From Bacteroidota bacterium (lineage in GTDB: Bacteria > Bacteroidota > Bacteroidia > J057 > JAJTIE01), in assembly GCA_019638695.1 (NCBI GenBank), contig JAHBTG010000006.1:3022-67021 (forward strand): a stretch of DNA of 64,000 bases. The letters run 5' to 3'. This document shows positions 10,149-18,884 of the stretch, in pieces. The notes under the pieces were generated by a model. It was not told the DNA's origin. It ran no database searches and saw only the letters and a list, made by a program, of their open reading frames with translations. The position numbers and the translations under genes were made by a program. How positions within the stretch are numbered: the stretch's first letter is position 1; every line of letters begins with the position of its first letter.

Positions 10149-11135
10149 ATGAGCTATGGTTATCCTTATGTGCGGGGCAGACGGCTGAGAGCCACTGCCG
10201 CCCTGCGCCAGATGGTGCAGGAAACGCACCTGCACCCTGCCCAGCTGATCGCGCCGCTTTTTGTGATAGAGGGACAGGGGGCAATAGAGCCTATTGCTGA
10301 CATGCCGGGTTATCACCGCTATACACTAGACAGGGTGGGAGAGGAGGTGCGCAGCCTGTGGGTACTGGGTATCCGTTCTGTGCTGCTGTTTGCCAAAGTG
10401 CCCGACCATAAGAAGGATAATACCGGTACCGAGGCCCTTAACCCGGACGGCCTACTGTCCCGTGCGGTGCAGGCTGTGAAAGCGGCTGTGCCGGAAATGT
10501 GTGTGATGACCGATGTGGCGCTTGATCCCTATTCCAGCTATGGGCATGACGGCATTGTGCAGGACGGGCAGATCGTGAATGACGAAACCTGTGCAATATT
10601 GGCCCAGATGAGCGTGGTGCACGCCCGGGCAGGTGCAGACCTCGTAGCCCCGTCGGATATGATGGATGGGCGCATAGCCGCCATCCGGGAGGCCTTGGAG
10701 GGCGAGGGCCATGCCCATACGGGGATACTGGCTTATAGTGCCAAATATGCCAGCGGATTCTACGGCCCCTTCCGTAGTGCGCTGGACTCAGCGCCCGGTT
10801 TTGGCGATAAAAAGACTTACCAGATGGACCCTGCCAACCGGCAGGAGGCTGTGCGGGAAGCCCTGCAGGATGAAGCCGAAGGTGCGGATATTGTGATGGT
10901 GAAACCCGGTATGCCTTACCTGGATATTGTGCGGGATGTGGCAGATGCCGTGCAGGTACCTGTGGCTGTTTACCAGGTATCGGGGGAATACAGTATGCTG
11001 CAACTGGCTGTAAAGCACGGGCTGATGACGGAGGAGACCGCTATTATGGAACCCTTACTGGCCTTTCGCCGCGCCGGAGCCCAACTGGTAGCTACTTATT
11101 ATGCGGCAGAAGCTGCCCGCTTGTTGAATGCCTGA
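10149..11135 (+). CDS. hemB: Porphobilinogen synthase (ALA dehydratase), Asp-rich non-Zn type
   Basis: DVALDPYSSYGHDG, APSDMMDGR, YGPFR, MVKPG and YQVSGEY motifs. Confidence 0.97.
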   Translation: MSYGYPYVRGRRLRATAALRQMVQETHLHPAQLIAPLFVIEGQGAIEPIADMPGYHRYTLDRVGEEVRSLWVLGIRSVLLFAKVPDHKKDNTGTEALNPDGLLSRAVQAVKAAVPEMCVMTDVALDPYSSYGHDGIVQDGQIVNDETCAILAQMSVVHARAGADLVAPSDMMDGRIAAIREALEGEGHAHTGILAYSAKYASGFYGPFRSALDSAPGFGDKKTYQMDPANRQEAVREALQDEAEGADIVMVKPGMPYLDIVRDVADAVQVPVAVYQVSGEYSMLQLAVKHGLMTEETAIMEPLLAFRRAGAQLVATYYAAEAARLLNA

Positions 11136-11168
11136 TAGAGTATACGAAACCCATAAAGTCTGATAGAT

Positions 11169-11948
11169 ATGGAATATCAATACCTCCTTGTAGACCCGGA
11201 AACGCAACCGCATGTGGCGGTGGTGCGCCTCAACCGTCCCAAAGAGCTCAATGCCCTGAACCGAAGGGTGATGGAAGAGTTGGTGCACGCTATGCAGGTG
11301 CTGGAAAGGGATGGCACTACCCGCTGCATTGTCCTCACAGGCAATGAACGCGCCTTTGCCGCCGGGGCAGACATCAAGGAAATGGCCGGCATGGGCACTG
11401 TGGATATGCTGACTATAGACCAGTTTGCCCGCTGGGATGCACTTAAGCGTATCAAAATACCCATCATTGCTGCGGTAAGCGGCTTTGCCCTAGGAGGAGG
11501 CTGCGAGCTGAGCATGCTGTGCGACATGATCGTAGCCAGTGAAACGGCCCAGTTTGGCCAGCCCGAGATCAAGATAGGCGTCATTCCCGGTGCCGGCGGC
11601 ACCCAGCGCCTTACCCGTGCCATAGGCAAGGCACGGGCTATGGAACTGGTGCTTACCGGGAAGTTCATTACAGCACAGGAAGCCTTTGCCGCTGGTTTGG
11701 TTACGCGCATAGCCCCCCCGGAGCTTTTCCTGCAGGAGGCTCTGAAACTGGCCGATGAGGTGGCCCAGATGAGTCCACTGGCCGTGCGCCTGGCTAAAGA
11801 GGCGGTTCTGCAGGCTTTTGAGCAGCCGCTGGAAGCAGGCCTGCACTTTGAGCGTAAGAACTTCTATATGCTCTTTGCCAGCGAAGACCAGAAGGAAGGT
11901 ATGAATGCCTTTGTGGAAAAGCGCCCCCCGGAATGGCAGGGCAGATAA
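11169..11948 (+). CDS. Enoyl-CoA hydratase (crotonase family, PaaF-like)
   Basis: FAAGADIKEM, GFALGGGCEL and FGQPEIKIGVIPGAGGTQRL motifs. Confidence 0.93.
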   Translation: MEYQYLLVDPETQPHVAVVRLNRPKELNALNRRVMEELVHAMQVLERDGTTRCIVLTGNERAFAAGADIKEMAGMGTVDMLTIDQFARWDALKRIKIPIIAAVSGFALGGGCELSMLCDMIVASETAQFGQPEIKIGVIPGAGGTQRLTRAIGKARAMELVLTGKFITAQEAFAAGLVTRIAPPELFLQEALKLADEVAQMSPLAVRLAKEAVLQAFEQPLEAGLHFERKNFYMLFASEDQKEGMNAFVEKRPPEWQGR

Positions 11949-11987
11949 CCGCCCATTTCTCCGTACCGCTTATCTGGTATAAATAAT

Positions 11988-12017
11988 ATAAAAGGCCACC
12001 TTTAGGTGGCCTTTTAT
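11988..12017. terminator. Bidirectional intrinsic terminator
   Basis: ATAAAAGGCCACC-TTTA-GGTGGCCTTTTAT perfect inverted repeat between convergent genes. Confidence 0.9.
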
Positions 12018-12047
12018 CGTTCCTGGAGGAAGTGCAGCTCTTTATTG

Positions 12048-14684
12048 CTAGAGCTTCATGATTCGTTTATTCACCTGCTTCACAGTGCCATTGGACATGG
12101 GTATGGCCAGGCGCACGTAGTACATGCCTTTTGCCAGGTGTGTGATATCCACCGAATGTTTGCTGAAGCCGGGCTCTGCGGAGACTTTCTGCTGGGCGAT
12201 TAGTTGCCCGGTAGTACTGTAGATCTGGTAAGTGACGGACAGGTCTTTTTCTGCCTTGCTCCGCAGTCCTATATGGAAGTTACCCGTAGTGGGATTGGGG
12301 AATACCCGCGCTTCCACCATTTCTTCAGGAGAGGCTGTGGGATCCAGGTCTCCCAGGTATACGGCTTCCACATTGCTGTAGGTCATGGCGCCATCGTTGT
12401 CTACCATTCTCAGGCGGTAGTAGCTCAGCCCGCGATAGGGTTCCCAGTCCATCAGGTCATAATCGCGAGATGCCTGGCTGTTGCCTGCGGCGGGTACAGT
12501 ACCCACGTGCTCATAAGCGAACCCGTCCCAGCTACGCTCTACGTCAAAGTATGAGGCATTGATTTCCTTGCGGGTGGTCCATTGGGTAAAGACCCACTCA
12601 TTACCCACAGTAGAGGCACGGAAGAGCATCAGTTCTATAGGAAACAGCACATCTGTGTGGCACTCCTGTTGCAGGGCATTGTGGGCAAAGCCATCTTCAA
12701 ATCCTCCGCGGTTGAACTTGAGGTCGTCAATAGGCTGGCATGTCAGGAGCGTTAGCTGGTGCATGGTATATCCGTCACCAGGGCCACCCAGCGCCAGCGC
12801 ATAGTCCTGGGGAGGTTCACAGGTTGTGTAGGTGCGTGTATGGAATCCAAAACCGTCTCCCGATCCGCCGCGGGCGAGAATATCATCAGGGGAATCGCAA
12901 ACCGTGTAGACGCGTGCATGGAATCCAAAACCATCTCCTGATCCGCCGCGGGCGAGTGTTTCGTCCATAGGGGAATCACAGACCGTGTAGACGCGTGTGT
13001 GCATTCCGTATCCGTCTCCCGATCCGCCGGTATACAGTGCGTTATCGGGCTCAATCACACAGGTAGTCAGCTGGAGCGGGCGATAAGCGAAGCCATCTCC
13101 AGTGCCGCCGGCAAAGAGTGAATAGTCATCCAGCGGACAGTTGGTTTGCACCAGGAGATGCGTGCCAAAGCCGTCGTCCGAGCTGCCCCGGTAGATGGTA
13201 AGGCCCGTAAGATCTGTGCCGCAGCGGTCACCCAGGTCGGTGGTTTCATACCCATATCCGTCTCCTGAGCCGCCAAAGTATACGTAGACGGGGTTATCCG
13301 TATTGGGTTCGCATACTTGTATCATCAATACGTCTGAAGCGCTGCCGTCACTGTTGCCGCCGGTATAGGCCACATTGATATTATCTATGATACACTGTGT
13401 GGGTAACAAGGTATCCAGTGCAAATCCCTGACCTGTACCGCCTGTGAAGAGGGAGTTGTCAATGGGGTCTGTGCATACCGTGTGTATCAGGGTGTCCATC
13501 CTAAATCCTTGGCCCGGGCCACCGGTAAAGAGTGCGGTATCCTCCGGCAGGCAGTTCTGGATTATGAGCGCATGCAGGCTAAAGCCACTGTTGTTGCCAC
13601 CGGCGAAGAGGGTGGTGTCATCGGGCAATGTGCAAGGATTTGGGCGCAGTTCATGCCATGCGGTGCCATCTTCTTGCCCGCCGGCAAAGAGGGTGGTATC
13701 ATCGGGCAATGTGCAAGGATTGGCCGCAAGCAGGTCCTGTACGTAGCCCGAGCCTTCTCCACCCAGGTATATAATGATATCCGGATTTTCCGGGGTAGGA
13801 CAGGCATTGTATATGCGCAGGTGACTGGCATAGCCGTCTCCGCGCTCTCCTGTAAACATAGGAGAATCGAAAAGCGGGCAATGGGTTGTATGCAGTTCTA
13901 TGTGGACGTTGCCACTGCCGGCACCCCCCATGTAAGGGTGAAGTACGGGGTTCAGCAGGGGGTCGCAGTTCAATAGTTCCACACTGGTGCCATGTCCGGT
14001 TCCACCTCTGAAGGCCACATCTATCTGTGGGGTACAGTTTGTTTTGATAAGATTATGACTCGTGCTGCCACTGCCGGTTCCTCCTGTGGTTACCACATCG
14101 GTAATGGCATCACAGTAGGTGGTCATGTATATGCCCAGCATTGTTCCGTGCCCTGCGCCGCCAAAGGCTGGTGCCGCATCTACAAAGTCATTACAGAAAG
14201 TTACCATGTATTCACCGAATGCAGTACCGTCTTCTGCACCGCCTTTGGCAGGTGCTTCGTCTCCCAGGGGAGCGCATTCGGCTATTGTCAATATAGCCAG
14301 GCTATTGCCATTGCCCTCCCCGCCCCTGGCTGGGGCTTCATCCTGCAGGGGAGCGCAGTAGCTGTTGGTGAGTTCGCCCTGTGCAGTGCCTTGTCCGTCG
14401 CCGCCGGTAGCCAGAGGAGCCGTGGGATCGGTATTGCAAATAGGCGTTTGGATGCTTTCGCTCATTTGATCACCGGAACCGTTGCCTCCCCAGTACAGGG
14501 TATTGTCATCAAAGGCGCAGGTGTTGGTTGCCACCTCCGCCAGGGCCGCGCCGTGGCCGTCTCCTCCCCTGTAGGGCTCATCCTGCGCCTGCAAGGCACT
14601 TGCCATGCCCAGCCATAGCATGCCAAACAGCAGGCCGGTAACAGCGGGCAATAACAAACGTTGAAGGATACTGGGGCGATACAT
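12048..14684 (-). CDS. T9SS type A sorting domain protein with 24 Gly-rich single-Cys repeats
   Basis: Signal peptide (..LQA|QDE); repeat array; FPIELMLF Ig-like domain; CTD VFPNPT...YSTTGQLI...LAKGMYYVRL...KRIMKL. Confidence 0.9.
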   Translation of the reverse strand: MYRPSILQRLLLPAVTGLLFGMLWLGMASALQAQDEPYRGGDGHGAALAEVATNTCAFDDNTLYWGGNGSGDQMSESIQTPICNTDPTAPLATGGDGQGTAQGELTNSYCAPLQDEAPARGGEGNGNSLAILTIAECAPLGDEAPAKGGAEDGTAFGEYMVTFCNDFVDAAPAFGGAGHGTMLGIYMTTYCDAITDVVTTGGTGSGSTSHNLIKTNCTPQIDVAFRGGTGHGTSVELLNCDPLLNPVLHPYMGGAGSGNVHIELHTTHCPLFDSPMFTGERGDGYASHLRIYNACPTPENPDIIIYLGGEGSGYVQDLLAANPCTLPDDTTLFAGGQEDGTAWHELRPNPCTLPDDTTLFAGGNNSGFSLHALIIQNCLPEDTALFTGGPGQGFRMDTLIHTVCTDPIDNSLFTGGTGQGFALDTLLPTQCIIDNINVAYTGGNSDGSASDVLMIQVCEPNTDNPVYVYFGGSGDGYGYETTDLGDRCGTDLTGLTIYRGSSDDGFGTHLLVQTNCPLDDYSLFAGGTGDGFAYRPLQLTTCVIEPDNALYTGGSGDGYGMHTRVYTVCDSPMDETLARGGSGDGFGFHARVYTVCDSPDDILARGGSGDGFGFHTRTYTTCEPPQDYALALGGPGDGYTMHQLTLLTCQPIDDLKFNRGGFEDGFAHNALQQECHTDVLFPIELMLFRASTVGNEWVFTQWTTRKEINASYFDVERSWDGFAYEHVGTVPAAGNSQASRDYDLMDWEPYRGLSYYRLRMVDNDGAMTYSNVEAVYLGDLDPTASPEEMVEARVFPNPTTGNFHIGLRSKAEKDLSVTYQIYSTTGQLIAQQKVSAEPGFSKHSVDITHLAKGMYYVRLAIPMSNGTVKQVNKRIMKL
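12648..14573 (-). repeat. 24 tandem ~26-29 aa repeats, consensus (F/Y/A)xGGxGxG-x~10-C-x~7
   Basis: Counted in the translation; near-identical DNA pairs at 13600-13640/13681-13721 and 12840-12878/12918-12956. Confidence 0.9.
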
Positions 14685-14796
14685 GGGTAAAAACGGGTGC
14701 CGGGATGATGAGTTGTAGGTGGCTTGAAGAGAGGGGCGTATCTTTTATAGTATTGAAAAGAACCTGCTGGCCAAGCATAACAGGCCCGTTTTAACT

Positions 14797-14858
14797 GCTC
14801 TTTAGCGGCAGCTGAACCTCCAAGGGGATGCCCACGGAGATTCAGCTTGCCAAAGAGC
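14797..14858 (-). promoter_or_regulatory. Long intergenic mRNA stem-loop without a U-tract (stabiliser or processing element)
   Basis: Minus strand GCTCTTT-GGCA-a-GCTGAATCTCC...GGAGGTTCAGC-TGCC-gct-AAAGAGC; one G-U pair forms only in mRNA orientation. Confidence 0.65.
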
Positions 14859-14908
14859 TTATAGCGCCTTAAGAGAGGGTCTCTGTTGAGATGAAAAACA
14901 ACCTTTCA

Positions 14909-16366
14909 CTAGGGAGTCTGCGTGCGTACTCCCCGGAGGCCATAAGACGCATTGCGCGTATTGCGGGCTATGTTAGCCGATGCATTTGTGCGGTCTGAGA
15001 TGCGGGCCTGGGCTATAGGAAGGTTATGTGCACCTCCTCTTTGGCCCCAGGTGAAGTTGGCTACGGGCCAGTCATTATTATCTACATGGCTTCCTGCAGC
15101 ATCCAGTACGCCATTGCCATGAGATCCTTCAAAGATTACGGTAGGAACGTTTGCACTGGCGGGAGCCGCTACTGCCAGTTCTGAGGTGTTTCCGGACATT
15201 TCCATTACCCCATAGTAGGTGGCACCTGCCGTAGTGCGATTCGTAGACGCCGTGGCAGGGGCTCCATTTCTCCAGAGGGGAGCTGATGACGAAGTAGTAC
15301 CTGCCGGGCCCACAACGGTTGCAATGCTTTCAGTAGCGGTGTTTGGGTTGGTGAGGCCGCCGGGGTTCGTAAATGTGGTATTCCCCCAGGCGTATTCCAG
15401 TGCTACGCGGGCCAGGGTGCCCCTGCAGGCTTTTTCATATTCCAGCTCGCTCATGGGGCGCAGGCCGCTCCAGTCCATAAAGGCCAGGTGGTCATCCCAG
15501 CTGATAGCTGTAATGGGCACCCATTGGCCATCGTTTGGTTCATTAAAGCTGTTGTTGTTATTCAGATCGCAGGCAAATACCGCGGGCGTAGTGTTGTTTA
15601 CCCCTTGTTGCATGATTTCGATACGTACTCTCACGGCGGCTGCGGGAGTTTGGAGGATCACTGTACCCACCGGGTCGTTGGGGTTAACGGGGGCTACGCG
15701 GGTTACCTGCTGGTCATAGGTCAGAGTATTGAGGTAGTTGGCATACATTTCTGCGCTTACCTCGTACTTCATGATGTAGAATCCGCTCCAGCCTGCCGGG
15801 TAATTGGTAGGTATCATAGTGGAGCCTCCATAGAGTACACCTGCATTGATCTGTCCATCACTTGTAATAGTCTGTTCAGTAAATGTGCTGGGGGCACCGG
15901 TGCTGCCGATCTGGAAATCTCCCTGGGGTACATACACCATTTCGATGCCGAATACCCGGAAGTTCCAGTTGCCATTGCCGGCAGTATTGGGGGTTTGCAG
16001 GTTAATAGTAGTTGCCGGTATATCGCCGGAGCCATTGGCTACGCGGCGAACAAATACACCTATGTTATCAGATACGGTTTGCACACCCAGCAAGGCAGGG
16101 GCACTGGTAGAGTGGCCGGCGGCAGAGAGGTTCAGGTGGTTCCATTCCAGGGCGGGGCAGTTTTGATACTTGATGAAGATCCACACGGCGTCCCAGTTGG
16201 CCGGTCCTGCGCTGATGCGCCAGGAGTTTTGCCAGCTCAGGGTGAAGCTCAGGACATCTGTGGCATCATTGAACGAAGTGCCTGTGATCACTACGTTATT
16301 GGCGCGCACCACGCCGGGCATCACAAATGCCAGCGCCAGCGCCAGGGTTGCATACAGCTTTCTCAT
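14909..16366 (-). CDS. Secreted FGE-sulfatase/SUMF1-fold (C-type lectin-like) protein with N-terminal beta domain
   Basis: Signal peptide (..VRA|NN); SWQNSWR..NWDAVWIFIKY; EMVYVPQG.F, FYIMKYEVS, LRPMSELEYEKACRG, YGVMEMSGN and RGG...GLRGVR motifs. Confidence 0.85.
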   Translation of the reverse strand: MRKLYATLALALAFVMPGVVRANNVVITGTSFNDATDVLSFTLSWQNSWRISAGPANWDAVWIFIKYQNCPALEWNHLNLSAAGHSTSAPALLGVQTVSDNIGVFVRRVANGSGDIPATTINLQTPNTAGNGNWNFRVFGIEMVYVPQGDFQIGSTGAPSTFTEQTITSDGQINAGVLYGGSTMIPTNYPAGWSGFYIMKYEVSAEMYANYLNTLTYDQQVTRVAPVNPNDPVGTVILQTPAAAVRVRIEIMQQGVNNTTPAVFACDLNNNNSFNEPNDGQWVPITAISWDDHLAFMDWSGLRPMSELEYEKACRGTLARVALEYAWGNTTFTNPGGLTNPNTATESIATVVGPAGTTSSSAPLWRNGAPATASTNRTTAGATYYGVMEMSGNTSELAVAAPASANVPTVIFEGSHGNGVLDAAGSHVDNNDWPVANFTWGQRGGAHNLPIAQARISDRTNASANIARNTRNASYGLRGVRTQTP

Positions 16367-16402
16367 AGACAAAAACATTTTTAATAGACGAATGAACTCT
16401 AG

Positions 16403-16410
16403 CAAATCTA
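16403..16410 (-). promoter_or_regulatory. -7 promoter element (TAGATTTG) for the FGE-like/repeat-protein operon
   Basis: TAnnTTTG about 36 nt upstream of ATG 16366 in an AT-rich intergenic region; no clear -33 element. Confidence 0.55.
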
Positions 16411-16619
16411 ATCTGCTGAAAACAGAAAGCCTACTACATTATCTAATAAAAATATAATAGAAAGATTTTCAATAAATATGGATTGCCTGGCAATATATTA
16501 TTAATGGAATGGTTGTTGATTTGTTAATTAAGCATAAGTGCCGGGTTTTTTGACACGCTTAAAAAACAATTGCCTGCCAGGCATCAATATCTTTCCCTCA
16601 AAACATTTCTTAATGCCAC

Positions 16620-18365
16620 CTACAGTCCCATAATGCGCTGGGGAAGATTCCAGCGCAGGCTCAGCATGGCCCAGGCTGTGCGCCGTACCTGGTCTCCTTC
16701 CGTTTGTTCTGTGCGGAAACTGATATCGCCTTCCACAAAGGCGTTGAGCCGCATGATTTGGTAACTCATGCGTCCGTGCAGGCTCATGACCCGGTATGCC
16801 TGGCCCTGGAGTACTACATTGCCAAAATCTTGTAGGTGTGTGACATTGCTGCGCAGGATATTGCCGCCATAGTTGAGACCGCTCAGGTCCAGTCCCTTTT
16901 GGGCTGCCTGCACCATGCCTGTCATAAAAATGCGGGGCAGGGGCTGGTAGCGCAGGATAGCCGTGAACTCCCGGAAATTGGCGCCCAGGGGGTGGGCAAG
17001 GGGCTGATTGTAATGGGCGTAGTTGCCGCTGATATTATAGTGGCTGTAGGTATAGGGCCGGGCGGTATTGGCTTCCACCTGCAGATCCAGTGTCTCTATA
17101 CCCAGCACGTCAATGTATTTGAACCCTGCCTGCAAGCCGTATTTATTGCCCCACCAGCCGCTGCCGTTCTTGCGCTGGCCAAAGTTGTAGTCATCCAGGT
17201 TGACCTGGCCATACAACTGGAGGCGTTTCCACAGATTCACCTTGGTGGTGAGGCCCATGGCATAGTTGTCCGGACTGCCCAGGGACTGTTCTACGGCACG
17301 ATAGAAGATAAGCGGGTTCAGGTATTGCAGCTCGAAACCGCGGTAGCCGTTGGGGAGCAGGGGTGCATAGATCACATTCTCAAAAAAGCCTATGCTCACC
17401 TCTTTTACCGGGCGGAAGGCAATGTGATGAAATACCCCGTACTTACGGGGCTGGGCGCCTATGACATCGGGTTTGTTGGGGATCAGGTCCGTCATCTGCG
17501 TAAAGTGGCTCTGATATTCCAGTTTCCATACCCGCACATTCATGTTGAGCAGGTAATAATCGGTGGCATAGTTGCTGAGCAGCATGCTTTGATAACCATC
17601 GCCCCAGAAGGCCCGGTCTCTGCCCAGCTTGAACCGCAACTGGGGAATAGGGCTATAGGTAAGATAGCCCCGTGCGCTCAGGTAATCATGTCCGTTGGTC
17701 CGGAAGGTCTTGAAGAAGGCCTCTCCCGGGATGGCTGCAGTGGCTGCTATCTGGCTGCGGACGTATTGTGGAAAGATGGCCTGGTTGTCTGTGAACTCTG
17801 TATAGAACCCTACTTTGCCAAATACACTACCTCGCAAACTGGCTCCCCTGGTGTTGCGGAATAGCAGCTGCGTAGGATCCTGGGGGCGTAGTTCGGAACG
17901 CTCCTGCCCGGCGCCCAGGTGCAGCACAGGGTTGGCATATACTTTGAATGCCTCCCTGCGGCCTTTGATCGCCCTGCGAAAGCCATGCTCGTCTTTATAG
18001 ACACTGTCTTTTTTGGCCGGGCGGTAGTAACCATAAAAGTCTCTGCCATTGGTCCAGAATGTGCCCCATATTCCATGCCCGGCCTGCGCCTGGCAATAAG
18101 CATCGTCCATGAGCACACGGCTGCGGTGCAGCCATGTGCGCGCCCGGCGGCCCATACCCGTAGTGTCCGTGCGGGCTAGCCATTCGGCTACCTGCTCCCG
18201 GCCATAGGGCTTCAGGGTGGTGGGCAGTGCCATGCCCACACGCCCCTGGATATCCAGCCGGTCTACCAGGTGGTATACCTCGTCGTTGAGCAGGACGTCC
18301 CCATCCTGGCCATATGCCGTCAGAGACCCTAATAGTCCCAGCACAATACTGATTACTTTTTTCAT
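16620..18365 (-). CDS. Outer membrane protein, Wzi/RemB-like family
   Basis: Signal peptide; RFKLGRD..FWGDGYQSMLLS, YLNPLIFYR and RPYTYSH...NYAHYNQPLAHPLGANFRE motifs. Confidence 0.7.
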   Translation of the reverse strand: MKKVISIVLGLLGSLTAYGQDGDVLLNDEVYHLVDRLDIQGRVGMALPTTLKPYGREQVAEWLARTDTTGMGRRARTWLHRSRVLMDDAYCQAQAGHGIWGTFWTNGRDFYGYYRPAKKDSVYKDEHGFRRAIKGRREAFKVYANPVLHLGAGQERSELRPQDPTQLLFRNTRGASLRGSVFGKVGFYTEFTDNQAIFPQYVRSQIAATAAIPGEAFFKTFRTNGHDYLSARGYLTYSPIPQLRFKLGRDRAFWGDGYQSMLLSNYATDYYLLNMNVRVWKLEYQSHFTQMTDLIPNKPDVIGAQPRKYGVFHHIAFRPVKEVSIGFFENVIYAPLLPNGYRGFELQYLNPLIFYRAVEQSLGSPDNYAMGLTTKVNLWKRLQLYGQVNLDDYNFGQRKNGSGWWGNKYGLQAGFKYIDVLGIETLDLQVEANTARPYTYSHYNISGNYAHYNQPLAHPLGANFREFTAILRYQPLPRIFMTGMVQAAQKGLDLSGLNYGGNILRSNVTHLQDFGNVVLQGQAYRVMSLHGRMSYQIMRLNAFVEGDISFRTEQTEGDQVRRTAWAMLSLRWNLPQRIMGL

Positions 18366-18435
18366 GCTTATCGAAAAGGAAGGCCACTTGCCTACCGATT
18401 CGCTAAATTAGCATTAGATACTTAACTAGGCTAAC

Positions 18436-18843
18436 ATGACAACTTTAACAAAACTAGGCTATGAGTTGCCTGGCTTTTCGTCAGGACTGAGTCTCCAGGA
18501 ACTGGAACGGGAAATTCAGCAGCATACCCTGAGCGCTTACTGTATTACCAGTGCAGCGGGCGATTTCTTGGCCATGAATCATGCCTATGCAGCGTTCTAT
18601 GGTTTTTTGCGGAGCGAGATGCTGGGCCGCCATGCGACCATTCTGCTGTCTCCGGACCAGCATGAGCGTTTTCACCAGGCACAGGCTGCATTTGTGGCAA
18701 ACGGGGAGAATGCCCCACAGAATATGGCATGGGAAGTAAAGACCAAGGAAGGCCGGATGCGGAAAATAACCGTGCTCTCTGTCCGGGTGGTGCTGGCAGG
18801 TGATGAGGTCTGTGTAGTGACATTGGTAGAGCCGGAGTTTTAG
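18436..18843 (+). CDS. Stand-alone PAS domain protein
   Basis: N.AYAAFYGFLRSEMLGRH and KTKEG PAS/PAC motifs; no output domain. Confidence 0.75.
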   Translation: MTTLTKLGYELPGFSSGLSLQELEREIQQHTLSAYCITSAAGDFLAMNHAYAAFYGFLRSEMLGRHATILLSPDQHERFHQAQAAFVANGENAPQNMAWEVKTKEGRMRKITVLSVRVVLAGDEVCVVTLVEPEF

Positions 18844-18884
18844 CCTCAGAGCTTTAGATATTTCTGCCGGCTGCTTTGCCCGGC

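Noticed and set aside
12830-13030. Direct repeats with ~80-nt period resembling a CRISPR array
   Set aside because: They are in-frame coding repeats with synonymous differences, the spacers are also similar, and there are no cas genes.
12648-14573. RiPP precursor array or RTX repeats
   Set aside because: The protein has a Sec signal and T9SS CTD, the neighbour lacks catalytic residues, no peptidase or T1SS is nearby, and the period does not fit RTX nonapeptides.
14797-15060. FGE-type C-lectin 3' end plus downstream hairpin as a DGR variable region
   Set aside because: No reverse transcriptase or template repeat in the window. Constant codons are rich in third-position A, and the hairpin is long and imperfect, unlike DGR cruciforms.
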